Of a DNA stretch of 64,000 nt, positions 1 through 10,959 are shown one piece after another (position 1 is the stretch's first letter; each line of letters begins with the position of its first letter). Both the position numbers and the translations under genes were made by a program. The notes beneath the pieces were generated by a model that saw only the letters and a list, made by a program, of their open reading frames with translations, was not told where the DNA came from and searched no databases. The DNA comes from Pseudomonadales bacterium (GTDB lineage: Bacteria > Pseudomonadota > Gammaproteobacteria > Pseudomonadales > Azotimanducaceae): contig JADHNJ010000008.1 in NCBI GenBank assembly GCA_016779565.1, positions 3,303-67,302 on the forward strand, in the 5' to 3' direction.

Positions 1-1
1 A

Positions 2-724
2 GCATCGGATTTAGCTGAGGCGTTGTCGGTCATTGAGCGACAAGCTGCCGCTGGCGTAGATCTGATTAAAGTCATGGCAACAGGCGGTAATATTACGCCT
101 GGAAGTAAGCCCAGTGATGCTCAATTTGATCAAGGGACTATGACGGGTATTGTGCGAGCGGCTACAGAGAGCGGCTATTGTGTTGCCGCACATTGTCATG
201 GGGTTGATGGCATCGCCCATGCCGCAAGAGCTGGCGTCACCACGATTGAGCACTGCTCTTGGGTTGGCCCAAACGGTTGGGGTAAGCATTTTGACCCTGA
301 TTTAGCAGCGGAGATTGCGGATAAAGGCATCTGGATTTCGCCAACGGTGAATGCTGGCTGGGCCCGTCACCTGAGTAATCCGAATTACCTAACCGCAGTG
401 CAAGCGCGTTATGGCGCAATGAAGGAAAAGGGCTGTCAGTTCATTGCGTCCACAGATGCGGGGATTCCTCATGTCTATCATGAGGATTTACCCAAGGCGC
501 TTCGGGTTTTTGAACAGATTGCAGATTTTACGCCGGTGCAAACCTTGCGAAGCGCCACGAGCGATTGTGCCAAGGCTTTGGCGATCGACCATATCACCGG
601 TCGACTTGAAACAGGGTTGTCTGCAGATTTGATTGTTTTTGACCAATCACCTTTGGCGGATCTTAAGGCATTGCAAAACCCGGGCTACGTATTTGCAAAG
701 GGTCGTTTGGTGAAAAGACTTTAG
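2..724 (+). CDS. Amidohydrolase-superfamily metallohydrolase, 5' end outside the window
   Basis: Frame stays open back to base 2. Motifs VDLIKVMATGG, AAHCHGVDGI..GVTTIEHC and ASTDAGIPHV resemble the metal-ligand strands of amidohydrolase TIM barrels. Stop TAG 722-724. Confidence 0.8.
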   Translation, partial: ASDLAEALSVIERQAAAGVDLIKVMATGGNITPGSKPSDAQFDQGTMTGIVRAATESGYCVAAHCHGVDGIAHAARAGVTTIEHCSWVGPNGWGKHFDPDLAAEIADKGIWISPTVNAGWARHLSNPNYLTAVQARYGAMKEKGCQFIASTDAGIPHVYHEDLPKALRVFEQIADFTPVQTLRSATSDCAKALAIDHITGRLETGLSADLIVFDQSPLADLKALQNPGYVFAKGRLVKRL

Positions 725-758
725 CGGCTAGTCAGGGCGAAACTAACGAAGTAATGAT

Positions 759-1712
759 TTGAATCTTTCAAAACGGCGATTCTTGAAGTGGCTGATCGGT
801 GCTTCGGGTACCTCGGCCCTTGGGATCACTGCCTATCGACTGCTAGGCCCAGGTGCTGACATCTCATCTGCGCCGGGTCTCTCGGGGGCAGGCGGCCTAT
901 CAGAGCTCGCGCCTGAGCAAATATTATCCGAAGCACCTAACCAGTTAGAGTTTCTTGATGAATTTGGCTGGACTGAAGCCGACCTAGAGGCGGTTAGATT
1001 AGATTCAAAAAAGATGCAGTCGCCTGATCGTTATGCCGAAGGTGATGTCTTTTTGCCCTCTGAGTTTAGGCAAGCATTGCCCAGTGCCTTGGCACGATTG
1101 AATCGGGCTCAGGGGTATTATGGGCATGGTTTTTTCAATATTGTGGGCTTTAAACAGCTGTTTGAAACCGCGGGTAAAACGACGGAAATAGGGCGCTTTA
1201 GTATCGATGAATTGGGACTTCTGCAGTGGCTATTTTTTGAGGATGCGAAAAATTTTGGTTTTAAGGGGCCAAAGGTCTCTATGGATTTCTTAGCCGGATT
1301 TACCTCTGGGCAGGTTCATTATGAGCGGCAGTTCGGTCAATTTTTGTTTCGGGAAAAGGCCAAGCCGCTTTGGGAGAGAATGCGCAAGGATATTGGTCGA
1401 GATCTAATCTTGACGTCGGGTGCTCGCGCGTTGCCAAAGCAGTGCGGATTGTTTTTGGCAAAATTAATGGACAGTCAAGGAAATGTCTCGCTGGCGTCAA
1501 GAAGTCTTGCGCCGCCGGGTTATTCCTTTCATGGGTCGGGTGATTTCGATGTGGGCTCGAGACACTTAGGGGATGAAAATTTCACACATCTGTTTGCACG
1601 TTCTGATGTGTTTCGCAGAATGCAGGGCCTTGCCTACATAGAATTGCGATATCCGGCGGGTAATCGGTTTGGCGTCCGCTTTGAACCTTGGCATGTTAAA
1701 GTGGGTTCCTAA
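759..1712 (+). CDS. Tat-exported peptidase M15 (VanY / D,D-carboxypeptidase-like) family protein
   Basis: TTG start. N-terminal twin-arginine motif SKRRFLKW followed by a hydrophobic region. C-terminal Zn-ligand-like motifs SFHGSGDFD and FEPWHV as in M15B/VanY peptidases. Confidence 0.65.
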   Translation: MNLSKRRFLKWLIGASGTSALGITAYRLLGPGADISSAPGLSGAGGLSELAPEQILSEAPNQLEFLDEFGWTEADLEAVRLDSKKMQSPDRYAEGDVFLPSEFRQALPSALARLNRAQGYYGHGFFNIVGFKQLFETAGKTTEIGRFSIDELGLLQWLFFEDAKNFGFKGPKVSMDFLAGFTSGQVHYERQFGQFLFREKAKPLWERMRKDIGRDLILTSGARALPKQCGLFLAKLMDSQGNVSLASRSLAPPGYSFHGSGDFDVGSRHLGDENFTHLFARSDVFRRMQGLAYIELRYPAGNRFGVRFEPWHVKVGS

Positions 1713-1858
1713 AGCTGGGATACATAATTCGGCGGTTTGATCCGGTCCCCGGGAAAGCAAATCAAAGAGACGGTTCGTTGGATCGGAGATGACACTTCGA
1801 TGAGCGTCCCCTTACGATTGTAAGATACAGTGGTGTCACTAAAACAAAGGTAAGAAAC

Positions 1859-2596
1859 ATGAAAACAAGTAGTAAAGTTCTTCTCATATTTGTGGCTTGT
1901 CAGTTATTGATCTTGTTGGGTAGCCCGCTTGGGTATCGGGCTGGACTCTTTGACGTTATGACTGCATTGGGTGGCTTTACGATGGCGTTTGCGGGTGCGG
2001 CGCTTACGATTATTGCAGTCCTGGGGCTATGGGTCGCTGGTGTCATTAGAAAGCAGACCGTCGATCGAGGCGCTTTGTTGGCGGCCACGGTAATAGCGTT
2101 AATCCCTATCGCGTTCGTCGTCCCTCAATTGCAACAGGCAGGACGTGTGCCTGCTATTCATGACATTACCACCAACCCAATAGATCCCCCTGAGTTTCAA
2201 GAAATTAAAAAGCGTCGGGTGCATGCCGCAAATGATCTTGTTTATGCAGACGAAAATCGATCAGTGGAAGAAATGGCGGCGCTGCAGGACGAAGCCTATC
2301 CAGAAGTTACCACCTTGCTAACAGAAAAATCAGTCCAAGAAAGTCTTGAGTTAGCCGAGATAGTGCTCAGCAATATGGGGCTTGAGATCATTAATGTTGA
2401 TGGTGCAGCAGGGATCGTTGAAGCGACCGCAACAACGTTCTGGTTTGGATTTAAAGATGATGTAGTGGTCAGGGTCAAAGATGAAGGAGGGCAAACATTG
2501 CTCGACGTTCGTTCAGTCTCGAGGGTTGGGCAGTCGGACCTTGGGGTCAATGCCGCAAGGATTCTGACCTTTCTGGGCGAGTTCCAAGCCGGCTAG
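1859..2596 (+). CDS. DUF1499-like membrane protein
   Basis: Three predicted N-terminal TM helices. The C-terminal domain carries SVSRVGQSDLGVNAARI, which resembles the DUF1499 signature as I remember it. Confidence 0.5.
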   Translation: MKTSSKVLLIFVACQLLILLGSPLGYRAGLFDVMTALGGFTMAFAGAALTIIAVLGLWVAGVIRKQTVDRGALLAATVIALIPIAFVVPQLQQAGRVPAIHDITTNPIDPPEFQEIKKRRVHAANDLVYADENRSVEEMAALQDEAYPEVTTLLTEKSVQESLELAEIVLSNMGLEIINVDGAAGIVEATATTFWFGFKDDVVVRVKDEGGQTLLDVRSVSRVGQSDLGVNAARILTFLGEFQAG

Positions 2597-2768
2597 GGGT
2601 TAGTCGCGCGCGCGGCGGACTGCTTCTAGTCCTAGATTTCTCAATCGCGAGCGGGCGATGGTCTCGAAGGCGGGCCAAAATGAATCCTTCAAAGGGCCGC
2701 ATAGATCAGTATTTGACGCGTTTAGGTTGGCCGAATCTCCTAAAAAAGTGGCGACTTATCCAGAGCCG

Positions 2769-4217
2769 TTAAGGACTGAGTTTCTGCCTAATCATCGCGT
2801 TGACTTGTTGCGGGTTAGCTTTACCGCCGGTGGCTTGCATAACCTTGCCGACAAAGAACCCCATAAGTTTATCTTTACCAGCTCGCAAATCCTCAGCTTG
2901 CTTTGGATGCTCCGCTAACAGCGTCTCAATAAGGGGCTCAATCGCTCCTGCATCAGAAACCTGCTCTAATCCTTGGGCTTTGACATATTCCGCTGGCTGG
3001 GTGGTTTCTCCAGCCCACAGCGCTGCGAACACGGTTTTGGCGGTCTTGCCGGAGATGATGTCATCATCGATCAACCCGATTAATGCTCCCATTTGATCTG
3101 GTGAGACTGGGCTCTCACTGATGTTGAGGTTTTGTTCATTGAGCTTACCCAAGAGATCCCCACGAACCCAGTTAGCAGCGCTCCGGCCATTGCCTGTGAT
3201 CATCGCGACTTGTTCAAAGAAGTCCCCCAGCCCTCGGTCACCAGCGAGCAATTGCGCATCTGCAAGACTAAGACCAAATTCTGATTGAAAACGAACAGAC
3301 CTCGGGCCCGGTAATTCAGGCATGTTATCTTTAATATCGTTAATAAAGGCGTCGCTAATTTTGACCGGCAACAGATCCGGTTCGGGAAAGTATCGATAGT
3401 CGGTCGCGGTTTCCTTAGACCGCATAGCACGAGTCTCGAGCCGGTCCGGATCAAAAAGTCGGGTGTCTTGGGTCAAGGTCTCGCCGCGGGTGAGCGCATC
3501 GACTTGGCGCTGGACCTCATGATTGATGGCTTGCTCTAAGAACCGGAATGAATTGAGATTTTTGATCTCTGATCGCACCCCTAAATCCTGAGCATCGACG
3601 GGACGAACTGAAACGTTGGCATCAAATCTCAAAGAACCTTCTGCCATGTTGCCATCGCAAACATCGAGGTAGGTGAGTAATTGGTGAATAGCTTTAGCAT
3701 ACGCGACGGCTTCATCGGCACTTTTTAGGTCTGGCTCGGAGACGATTTCGAGCAGGGGCGTGCCGGCTCGATTCAGATCAATGCCGGTAAAGCTTGGCTT
3801 AAAATCGTGGATAGATTTACCCGCATCCTCTTCTAGGTGCGCGCGGGTAATGCGAACGACCTTCTCGGATTGGTCTTTACCAGTAATTTGGATGTGACCA
3901 CCGACAACAATTGGCTCATCCATCTGAGTGATTTGGTAGCCTTTTGGCAGATCGGGGTAGAAGTAATTTTTTCGGTCAAATCGTGATTCTGAGTTAATCG
4001 TTCCAGTTACGCCAAGGCCAAAGCGGACCGCCTTTTCATAAACTGCGGCATTGACTCGAGGTAATACCCCCGGCATGCCGAGGTCAATGGCGCAGGCTTG
4101 GCTATTTGGTGCTTCGCCGAAAGCTGTGCTGGCGCCTGAAAAAATCTTCGATTGGGTGCTCAGCTGAGCATGAATCTCAAGCCCGATGTCGACTTGCCAG
4201 CCCACAGGAATGCTCAT
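2769..4217 (-). CDS. gatB: Asp/Glu-tRNA(Asn/Gln) amidotransferase subunit B
   Basis: 482 aa. N-terminus [22 protein letters not shown] and C-terminal YqeY-like tail. 4-nt overlap with upstream gatA. Confidence 0.96.
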   Translation of the reverse strand: MSIPVGWQVDIGLEIHAQLSTQSKIFSGASTAFGEAPNSQACAIDLGMPGVLPRVNAAVYEKAVRFGLGVTGTINSESRFDRKNYFYPDLPKGYQITQMDEPIVVGGHIQITGKDQSEKVVRITRAHLEEDAGKSIHDFKPSFTGIDLNRAGTPLLEIVSEPDLKSADEAVAYAKAIHQLLTYLDVCDGNMAEGSLRFDANVSVRPVDAQDLGVRSEIKNLNSFRFLEQAINHEVQRQVDALTRGETLTQDTRLFDPDRLETRAMRSKETATDYRYFPEPDLLPVKISDAFINDIKDNMPELPGPRSVRFQSEFGLSLADAQLLAGDRGLGDFFEQVAMITGNGRSAANWVRGDLLGKLNEQNLNISESPVSPDQMGALIGLIDDDIISGKTAKTVFAALWAGETTQPAEYVKAQGLEQVSDAGAIEPLIETLLAEHPKQAEDLRAGKDKLMGFFVGKVMQATGGKANPQQVNAMIRQKLSP

Positions 4218-5674
4218 GGTGCCTCCGGTGCTATCAAGGTGTGCCAGTCAGTGGCCTGCTGAAATTGATGGGCAAGATTGAGCAAGGTCGCCTCGTCCAG
4301 ATAATTGCCAATCAGTTGCAAGCCGATCGGCAAGTCTGCCACCAGACCTGCGGGAATACTCATGGCGGGCACTCCGGCGAGGCTTGCCGAAATGGTAAAA
4401 ATATCTTGCAAATACATGTCCACACCGCTTTCTGCTTTTGCGCCAATGCCAAAAGCAGGGGTAGGTGTCGTCGGACCAACGATGACATCGACCTGGTTAA
4501 AGGCTTCAACAAAGTCTTGTTTGATCAGTCGTCTAACCCGCTGAGCACGACCGTAGAAGGCGTCGTAGTACCCGGCGCTGAGCGCAAAAGTACCAACGAG
4601 AATCCGCTTCTTAACCTCTTGCCCAAACCCCTCTCCTCTTGATCGAGTGTAAAGATCCTGTAGGTCCTCGGGATTCTCGCAGCGATAGCCGTAACGGATG
4701 CCATCAAAACGGGCTAAGTTAGCCGAGCATTCTGCCGGTGCGATGACGTAGTAAGCGCCTAAACTATAAGCCATGTGGGGTAGCGCGATATCAATGAGCT
4801 TTGCGCCGAGAGATTCGAGAACCCTTAAAGCCTCGCGAGTCTTGGCTGCAACCTCAGCATCAAGGTCAGTATCGAAGAAGGCCTGACAGACGCCAATGCG
4901 AAGGCCCTTGATGTCGTTGTTTAGTGCGGATGTATAGGCGGGCACTGGCTCTGCTAAGGCGGTGGAATCTTGCGGATCATGCCCTGCCATATGCTCTAGC
5001 ATGATGGCGGCGTCCTCAGCAGACCTTGTCATGGGCCCCGCCTGATCAAGGCTTGACGCAAAAGCGATCATGCCCCATCTCGAAATCCGCCCGTAGGTGG
5101 GTTTAAGACCGGTCAATCCACACAGGGCTGCTGGCTGACGAATCGATCCCCCGGTGTCCGTCCCGGTGCTTGCTGCACATAACCCGGCAGCAACAGCAGC
5201 AGCAGATCCGCCCGAGGAACCTCCTGGAACGCGGTTCAAGTCCCAAGGGTTTCGAACTGGACCAAAATAACTGTTCTCGTTCGAGGATCCCATGGCGAAT
5301 TCATCCATGTTGGTCTTACCCAAGGTGATTGCGCCAGCGTTTGCTAGCTTAGTAGACACGGTCGCGGTGTAAGGGGCCTTGAAATTTGCAAGCATCTTGG
5401 ACCCAGCAGTTGTGCGGGTGCCTTCGATGCAAAAGAGATCTTTTTCTGCAATGGGAATGCCAGTCAATGAAGTGGCTTTGCCCTGAGCGATGACTTTATC
5501 AGCGGCAATAGCGCTAGCGCGAGCAGTGTCAGCCGTCCGAGTAATATAGGTATTTAGAGACTTATCGAATCGATCAATCCGATCGAGATAATAGTCGGTG
5601 AGTTCAACTGCCGAGATGTCGCCTCGGTCAAGAAAAGCTCGAAGCTCTGCGATGGTGGCTGATCTTAGGTTCAC
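4214..5674 (-). CDS. gatA: Glutamyl-tRNA(Gln) amidotransferase subunit A
   Basis: 486 aa. Amidase signature [14 protein letters not shown]. Lies between gatC and gatB with 4-nt overlaps on both sides. Confidence 0.96.
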   Translation of the reverse strand: MNLRSATIAELRAFLDRGDISAVELTDYYLDRIDRFDKSLNTYITRTADTARASAIAADKVIAQGKATSLTGIPIAEKDLFCIEGTRTTAGSKMLANFKAPYTATVSTKLANAGAITLGKTNMDEFAMGSSNENSYFGPVRNPWDLNRVPGGSSGGSAAAVAAGLCAASTGTDTGGSIRQPAALCGLTGLKPTYGRISRWGMIAFASSLDQAGPMTRSAEDAAIMLEHMAGHDPQDSTALAEPVPAYTSALNNDIKGLRIGVCQAFFDTDLDAEVAAKTREALRVLESLGAKLIDIALPHMAYSLGAYYVIAPAECSANLARFDGIRYGYRCENPEDLQDLYTRSRGEGFGQEVKKRILVGTFALSAGYYDAFYGRAQRVRRLIKQDFVEAFNQVDVIVGPTTPTPAFGIGAKAESGVDMYLQDIFTISASLAGVPAMSIPAGLVADLPIGLQLIGNYLDEATLLNLAHQFQQATDWHTLIAPEAP

Positions 5675-5964
5675 TCAATAACCCTAGGAACAAAGTAGAG
5701 CCCATCTTCAAAATTGGGAGCATTTTGACTGAGCGCCTCGCTATCAACGGTTTCGGTAACTTGATCAGGTGTGAGGCTTTGAAATCGCTCTAGAGGGTGT
5801 GCCAAAGGGGGTACATTGTCGACTTCAACGGCTTCGAGCGCACTCACCAACTCAAGAACCTCATTTAAGGCTGCGAGTGTCTCCATGCTCTGGTTGGGTT
5901 CGTAGGGCAGGGCGGCCAGGACGGACATGTCTCGTAAGGTTTTTTCATCGAGATGCGTTGACAA
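5671..5964 (-). CDS. gatC: Glutamyl-tRNA(Gln) amidotransferase subunit C
   Basis: 97-aa acidic protein immediately upstream of and overlapping gatA. Position and size are typical of gatC. Confidence 0.88.
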   Translation of the reverse strand: MSTHLDEKTLRDMSVLAALPYEPNQSMETLAALNEVLELVSALEAVEVDNVPPLAHPLERFQSLTPDQVTETVDSEALSQNAPNFEDGLYFVPRVIE

Positions 5965-6186
5965 GGGACTCTCACCTAAATTTTGATCGCAAATGCTAAA
6001 TGTTTAGCCGAGTAAGTGCAATTTCGGCGCAGTCAAGGCTGATGATAAACGGCAAATAATGGATAAATGCTGGAAAAAAGAGATTAATAACAGTGTGTTA
6101 CTGATAATTTAAGTTGTGTCTTTAGTTTTGTCGATGGTAAAGTAGTCGGCTGATTTTAGGCTAGCTTAGCTCCTAGTTACGGTTAA

Positions 6187-7317
<1,131 letters not shown>

Positions 7318-7375
7318 TAATGGTAAAACTCAAGTCTTATGGGTTAGAGCGCCTATGCTTGCGCGCTAAATATTT

Positions 7376-8248
7376 ATGAAACAGTTGTTCTTGCGACGAT
7401 CGAACCCAAGAAACCAAGCCATGTTGCTGGCAATGGTTTGCATCGTCCTGTTGTTCATAGAAGGCCGTTCCACCGCGTTAAATCCAGTAAGGCAAGCCGC
7501 CGGATCCGCGATCGAGCCGATTATTTGGCTCAGTGCGCTGCCGTCTAGGCTGATCCAAGGCACGTTCTGGATATTCGGTGATCGGTTAGATCGCAGCCAG
7601 CAACTCAAAGCGCTTGATCAGAAAATCCGATTGCTTGAAGCGCGCCAACTAAAAATGACCGCGCTGGAGTCTGAAAACAATCGTCTTCGAGCACTTTTGG
7701 GGTCGTCCGCACAACTCGACGAATCGGTGTTGATCGCAGAAGTTATTGGTGTCAGCCCCGATCCTGGTCGCCAATATGTATTGATCGATAAAGGTGCGAT
7801 GGACGGTAGTTACATTGGGCAAGTGGTAATCGATTCAACAGGGTTGGTCGGACAGGTTATAGAAACAACGAACAATGTCAGCAAAGTGCTTTTGATCACG
7901 GATCAGAGACACGCGGTACCAGTGTTGAGTATTCGCACGCTCGCCCAGTTAGTTGTAGAGGGTACGGGACGATTAGATGGCGTGAGTTTGCCGCATGTTT
8001 CAGGATCGCTGGATGTACAAGTGGGTGACGTCCTGGTCACGTCAGGGTTAGGTAAGCGATTCCCTAAAGGATATCCCGTGGCAACCATCAGCCGGTATGT
8101 TCTGTCACCCGGTAATGCCTTTGCTGAGGTAACAGCAGAACCCGCGTCGCAGTTGCAAACTTTGGACTACGTACTGTTGGTTTTCGATCCCGACGTGGCT
8201 CAGATCTTTACGGGTCGCCCAACCTCAGAGGCGCTGAGTGATGGCTGA
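7376..8248 (+). CDS. mreC: Rod-shape-determining protein MreC
   Basis: 290 aa with an N-terminal TM helix and a coiled coil (LEARQLKMTALESENNRLRALL). Follows mreB. Confidence 0.92.
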   Translation: MKQLFLRRSNPRNQAMLLAMVCIVLLFIEGRSTALNPVRQAAGSAIEPIIWLSALPSRLIQGTFWIFGDRLDRSQQLKALDQKIRLLEARQLKMTALESENNRLRALLGSSAQLDESVLIAEVIGVSPDPGRQYVLIDKGAMDGSYIGQVVIDSTGLVGQVIETTNNVSKVLLITDQRHAVPVLSIRTLAQLVVEGTGRLDGVSLPHVSGSLDVQVGDVLVTSGLGKRFPKGYPVATISRYVLSPGNAFAEVTAEPASQLQTLDYVLLVFDPDVAQIFTGRPTSEALSDG

Positions 8249-8735
8249 GCCGATGCTTAGGGGCATCCTGATTATTCCGCTGACGCTGATCGTCGGCTTG
8301 ATGTTGGGATTGTTACCGCTGCCTAGTATTGCACCACCAGAATTAAATTATCTACGACCGGATTGGCTAGGTTTGGTAGTGGTTTATTGGTTATTAGCAG
8401 CGCCTGAAAAAGTCGGTGTCGGTTTTGCCTTTTTAGTAAGCTTGCTTGGGGATTTAGTGTTCGGAACGCCCCTTGGTTTTCATGGGCTGGTGATGGTTTT
8501 GATGGCTGCGCTCATCCTGAGCAGTTACCAGCAACTTAGGATGCTCGAGATCTGGCAGCAGGCCTTATTGATCGCTTTCGCACTCGAGATATTGACCTGC
8601 CTTCAGTTGATCGTCCTCGGGGTGACCGATGATCGAAGCCACAACTTTCTTATATTGCTTCGACCCCTCACCAGCGCTTTGGTTTGGCCTTGGGTATTTT
8701 TAATTTTGCGGTTCTGCCGTCGTCGATATGCATAG
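8238..8735 (+). CDS. mreD: Rod-shape-determining protein MreD
   Basis: 165-aa polytopic membrane protein overlapping the mreC end by 11 nt. Conserved mreBCD order. Confidence 0.88.
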   Translation: MMAEPMLRGILIIPLTLIVGLMLGLLPLPSIAPPELNYLRPDWLGLVVVYWLLAAPEKVGVGFAFLVSLLGDLVFGTPLGFHGLVMVLMAALILSSYQQLRMLEIWQQALLIAFALEILTCLQLIVLGVTDDRSHNFLILLRPLTSALVWPWVFLILRFCRRRYA

Positions 8736-8829
8736 CCAATGGATACCTGGCGCCTTTTACTTTGTTTAGATTTCAAGCGGTGTTGCGCTAAGCTCTAGGC
8801 ATTATAGTCGGGCACAAGATAGGCGGTGG

Positions 8830-9393
8830 ATGATGAGCATTATATTGGCCTCTGCCTCTCCCAGGAGAGCGGAACTCTTAGCCCAAATTGGACTCCAATT
8901 CTCTGTAAAACCCGCAGATATCGATGAAAGCCGTTTTAAGGATGAAGACCCATCAGACTATGTGATGCGTCTTTCAAAAGAGAAGGCTCTTGCTCTGGGT
9001 CGCACTGATGCAGTGGTGCTTGCCGCAGATACGGTTGTGGTGATTGATCAAGAAGTTCTTGGTAAACCTAAAAATCGCGCCGACGGGCTTTCGATGTTAA
9101 TGCGCTTATCGGGTCGTGACCACGAAGTTTTGACAGGAATATCGGTTATGAGAGGTGACTTATTGGTCTCTCGAGTTGTGTCCTCAATTGTTACTTTCAA
9201 ATTGATTGATCAAGACTTTGCGGAAAAATACTGGGCCACGGGTGAGCCGAGAGATAAAGCTGGGAGCTATGGAATACAGGGTCTTGGCGCCATTTTTGTT
9301 GCGCACTTAGTTGGTAGCTACAGCAATGTGATGGGCCTTCCTCTATTTGAAACGGCGAGTCTGCTTAGCGAAGCTGGTGTGGTGATCCTTTGA
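8830..9393 (+). CDS. maf: Maf-like nucleoside triphosphate pyrophosphatase
   Basis: N-terminal ILASASPRRAELL and KAGSYGIQG motifs. Follows mreD as in enterics and pseudomonads. Confidence 0.93.
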   Translation: MMSIILASASPRRAELLAQIGLQFSVKPADIDESRFKDEDPSDYVMRLSKEKALALGRTDAVVLAADTVVVIDQEVLGKPKNRADGLSMLMRLSGRDHEVLTGISVMRGDLLVSRVVSSIVTFKLIDQDFAEKYWATGEPRDKAGSYGIQGLGAIFVAHLVGSYSNVMGLPLFETASLLSEAGVVIL

Positions 9394-9459
9394 TGCAAGG
9401 TCCGCAGTTGCCCGATCGCAGGGTCAAAAAAACTCATTGGCAGAGCAAGGTAATCGGCA

Positions 9460-10959
9460 ATGATTTCTGAAGTTCTGTTAAGTCACAATGCGGCTGGATT
9501 GTGGGGGGCTGCCATCAGTCCTGACGGTTTAGTGGGTTTTGTTGCGGTTGAGCATGAGGCTGACCCTCAAGTAAATGATATATTTATGGGCGTGGTATCT
9601 CGCGTTATCACAGATTTAGGGTTTGCCTTTATTGATTTAGGGCTAGACAGAGCAGGGGTGCTGCCGCTCAAAGAAACCCGGCACAGTCAGGCTTTCGCAC
9701 ACTTGAATGGCGCTCAGTTAGCAAACGAAAAAAAGCGCTCAGGTTTACAAGTTGGCCAACGCTTGCTTGTACAGTTGGTTAGGCTCGAAGAGGGTGACAA
9801 AGGGATAAGGGTAAGCCGCCGGCTGTCGCTTGCTTCGCGTTATCAGATTTATCTGCCTGGTGGGCAGGGGGTTTATTTTTCTAAGGCTATTGATCAAGAA
9901 AGCGCGCGAAGAGAACTAATCACATTTGCTGAACAGCAATCCCAGCGGGGAGGAAGACATTTTAGAGGTCCAGCAGCCTGCGCTTCTCAAAAATTTTTAG
10001 CAGAAGACTTTGATCGTTTAGCTGACCATTGGCAGTCGCTGGTAGGTCAAATCGACCAGCTACGTGTGGGCTTTGTCAAACGCGTAACGCCAATAGTGTC
10101 GAGTTGGCTTGATGCCTGGGGCGCCGATATAAGGTGCCGCATTCAGGTTGATAGCGACATCTTGCAACAGCAGGTTTTAGCCTGGAGCCAATCACTACAC
10201 GAACCGTCGTCAGCAGTTACGGTCATCTCGCCTGATGACAAAGCGGCGTATACCCAGGACTTTGATCGCTTGCTCGAAGTTTGCCTGACGGAAAAGATCG
10301 AGCTGCCCAGTGGCGGAAACATGATCATCCACGAAACAGAAGCCATGGTTACCATTGATGTCAATTCTGGATCCTACGTCAGTAATGCGGCAAATGCGCA
10401 AAAGGCTCGCTGCGCAAATTTAGAAGCGGCCAGGGTGATCCCGATGGCGTTGCGCCGTAAGGGACTCGCTGGCTTAGTCGCGATTGACTTTATTGGCCTG
10501 ATCGACCAACGCGATAGACAAGAAATTATCGATGTTTTGTCGGAGGTTTTTCTTGAGCAAGGTCAAGCCGTACGAGTCTCAGATTTTTCTGATTTGGGCG
10601 TGGTTTTGTTATCTTTGTATAAGTCTGGACCTAGCGTTTTTAAAAGATTACAAAGCCGAGGTTTGATCTGGGCGGCGGGCGAGAGTTTTTCTCACCTAGT
10701 GAGCCAAGCTTGTGCGCTGGCGCGGTTTAAAGCCTGGCTTGATAGTCAACTATTAACGACGTGTTTAGGCGGAGGACATCTGTTGGTCCGCTCAAGCGCT
10801 GTGATTATCACCGGAATGATTCAAGATGTGATGTTGCTCCAGCAGCTTCAACAGGGCGCTGTAGCCATGAAATTTGAAGTTGACCAGACTTTAGAACGGG
10901 TTATTAAGGTCCGCCAGGAACAAGTTTGGTGGCAATTCCCAGAGGAGTCCCTGGAATGA
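9460..10959 (+). CDS. rng: RNase E/G family ribonuclease (divergent RNase G)
   Basis: S1-like N-terminus (GVVSRV..AFIDLGLDRAGVLP). Catalytic-Asp motifs TIDVNSG and VAIDFIGL. 499 aa, in the position between maf and yhdP. See the finding on its divergence. Confidence 0.8.
   Translation: MISEVLLSHNAAGLWGAAISPDGLVGFVAVEHEADPQVNDIFMGVVSRVITDLGFAFIDLGLDRAGVLPLKETRHSQAFAHLNGAQLANEKKRSGLQVGQRLLVQLVRLEEGDKGIRVSRRLSLASRYQIYLPGGQGVYFSKAIDQESARRELITFAEQQSQRGGRHFRGPAACASQKFLAEDFDRLADHWQSLVGQIDQLRVGFVKRVTPIVSSWLDAWGADIRCRIQVDSDILQQQVLAWSQSLHEPSSAVTVISPDDKAAYTQDFDRLLEVCLTEKIELPSGGNMIIHETEAMVTIDVNSGSYVSNAANAQKARCANLEAARVIPMALRRKGLAGLVAIDFIGLIDQRDRQEIIDVLSEVFLEQGQAVRVSDFSDLGVVLLSLYKSGPSVFKRLQSRGLIWAAGESFSHLVSQACALARFKAWLDSQLLTTCLGGGHLLVRSSAVIITGMIQDVMLLQQLQQGAVAMKFEVDQTLERVIKVRQEQVWWQFPEESLE

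Noticed and set aside
4106-4642. 178-aa ORF on the plus strand inside gatA. Similar long antisense ORFs occur at 41634-42077 (in ftsI), 46161-46586 (in murC), 57001-57438 (in argJ) and 57928-58440 (in coaE).
   Set aside because: All lie fully antisense to strongly conserved genes. Their Ser/Ala/Arg/Cys-rich low-complexity translations are typical of shadow ORFs, and they have no recognisable motifs or RBS.
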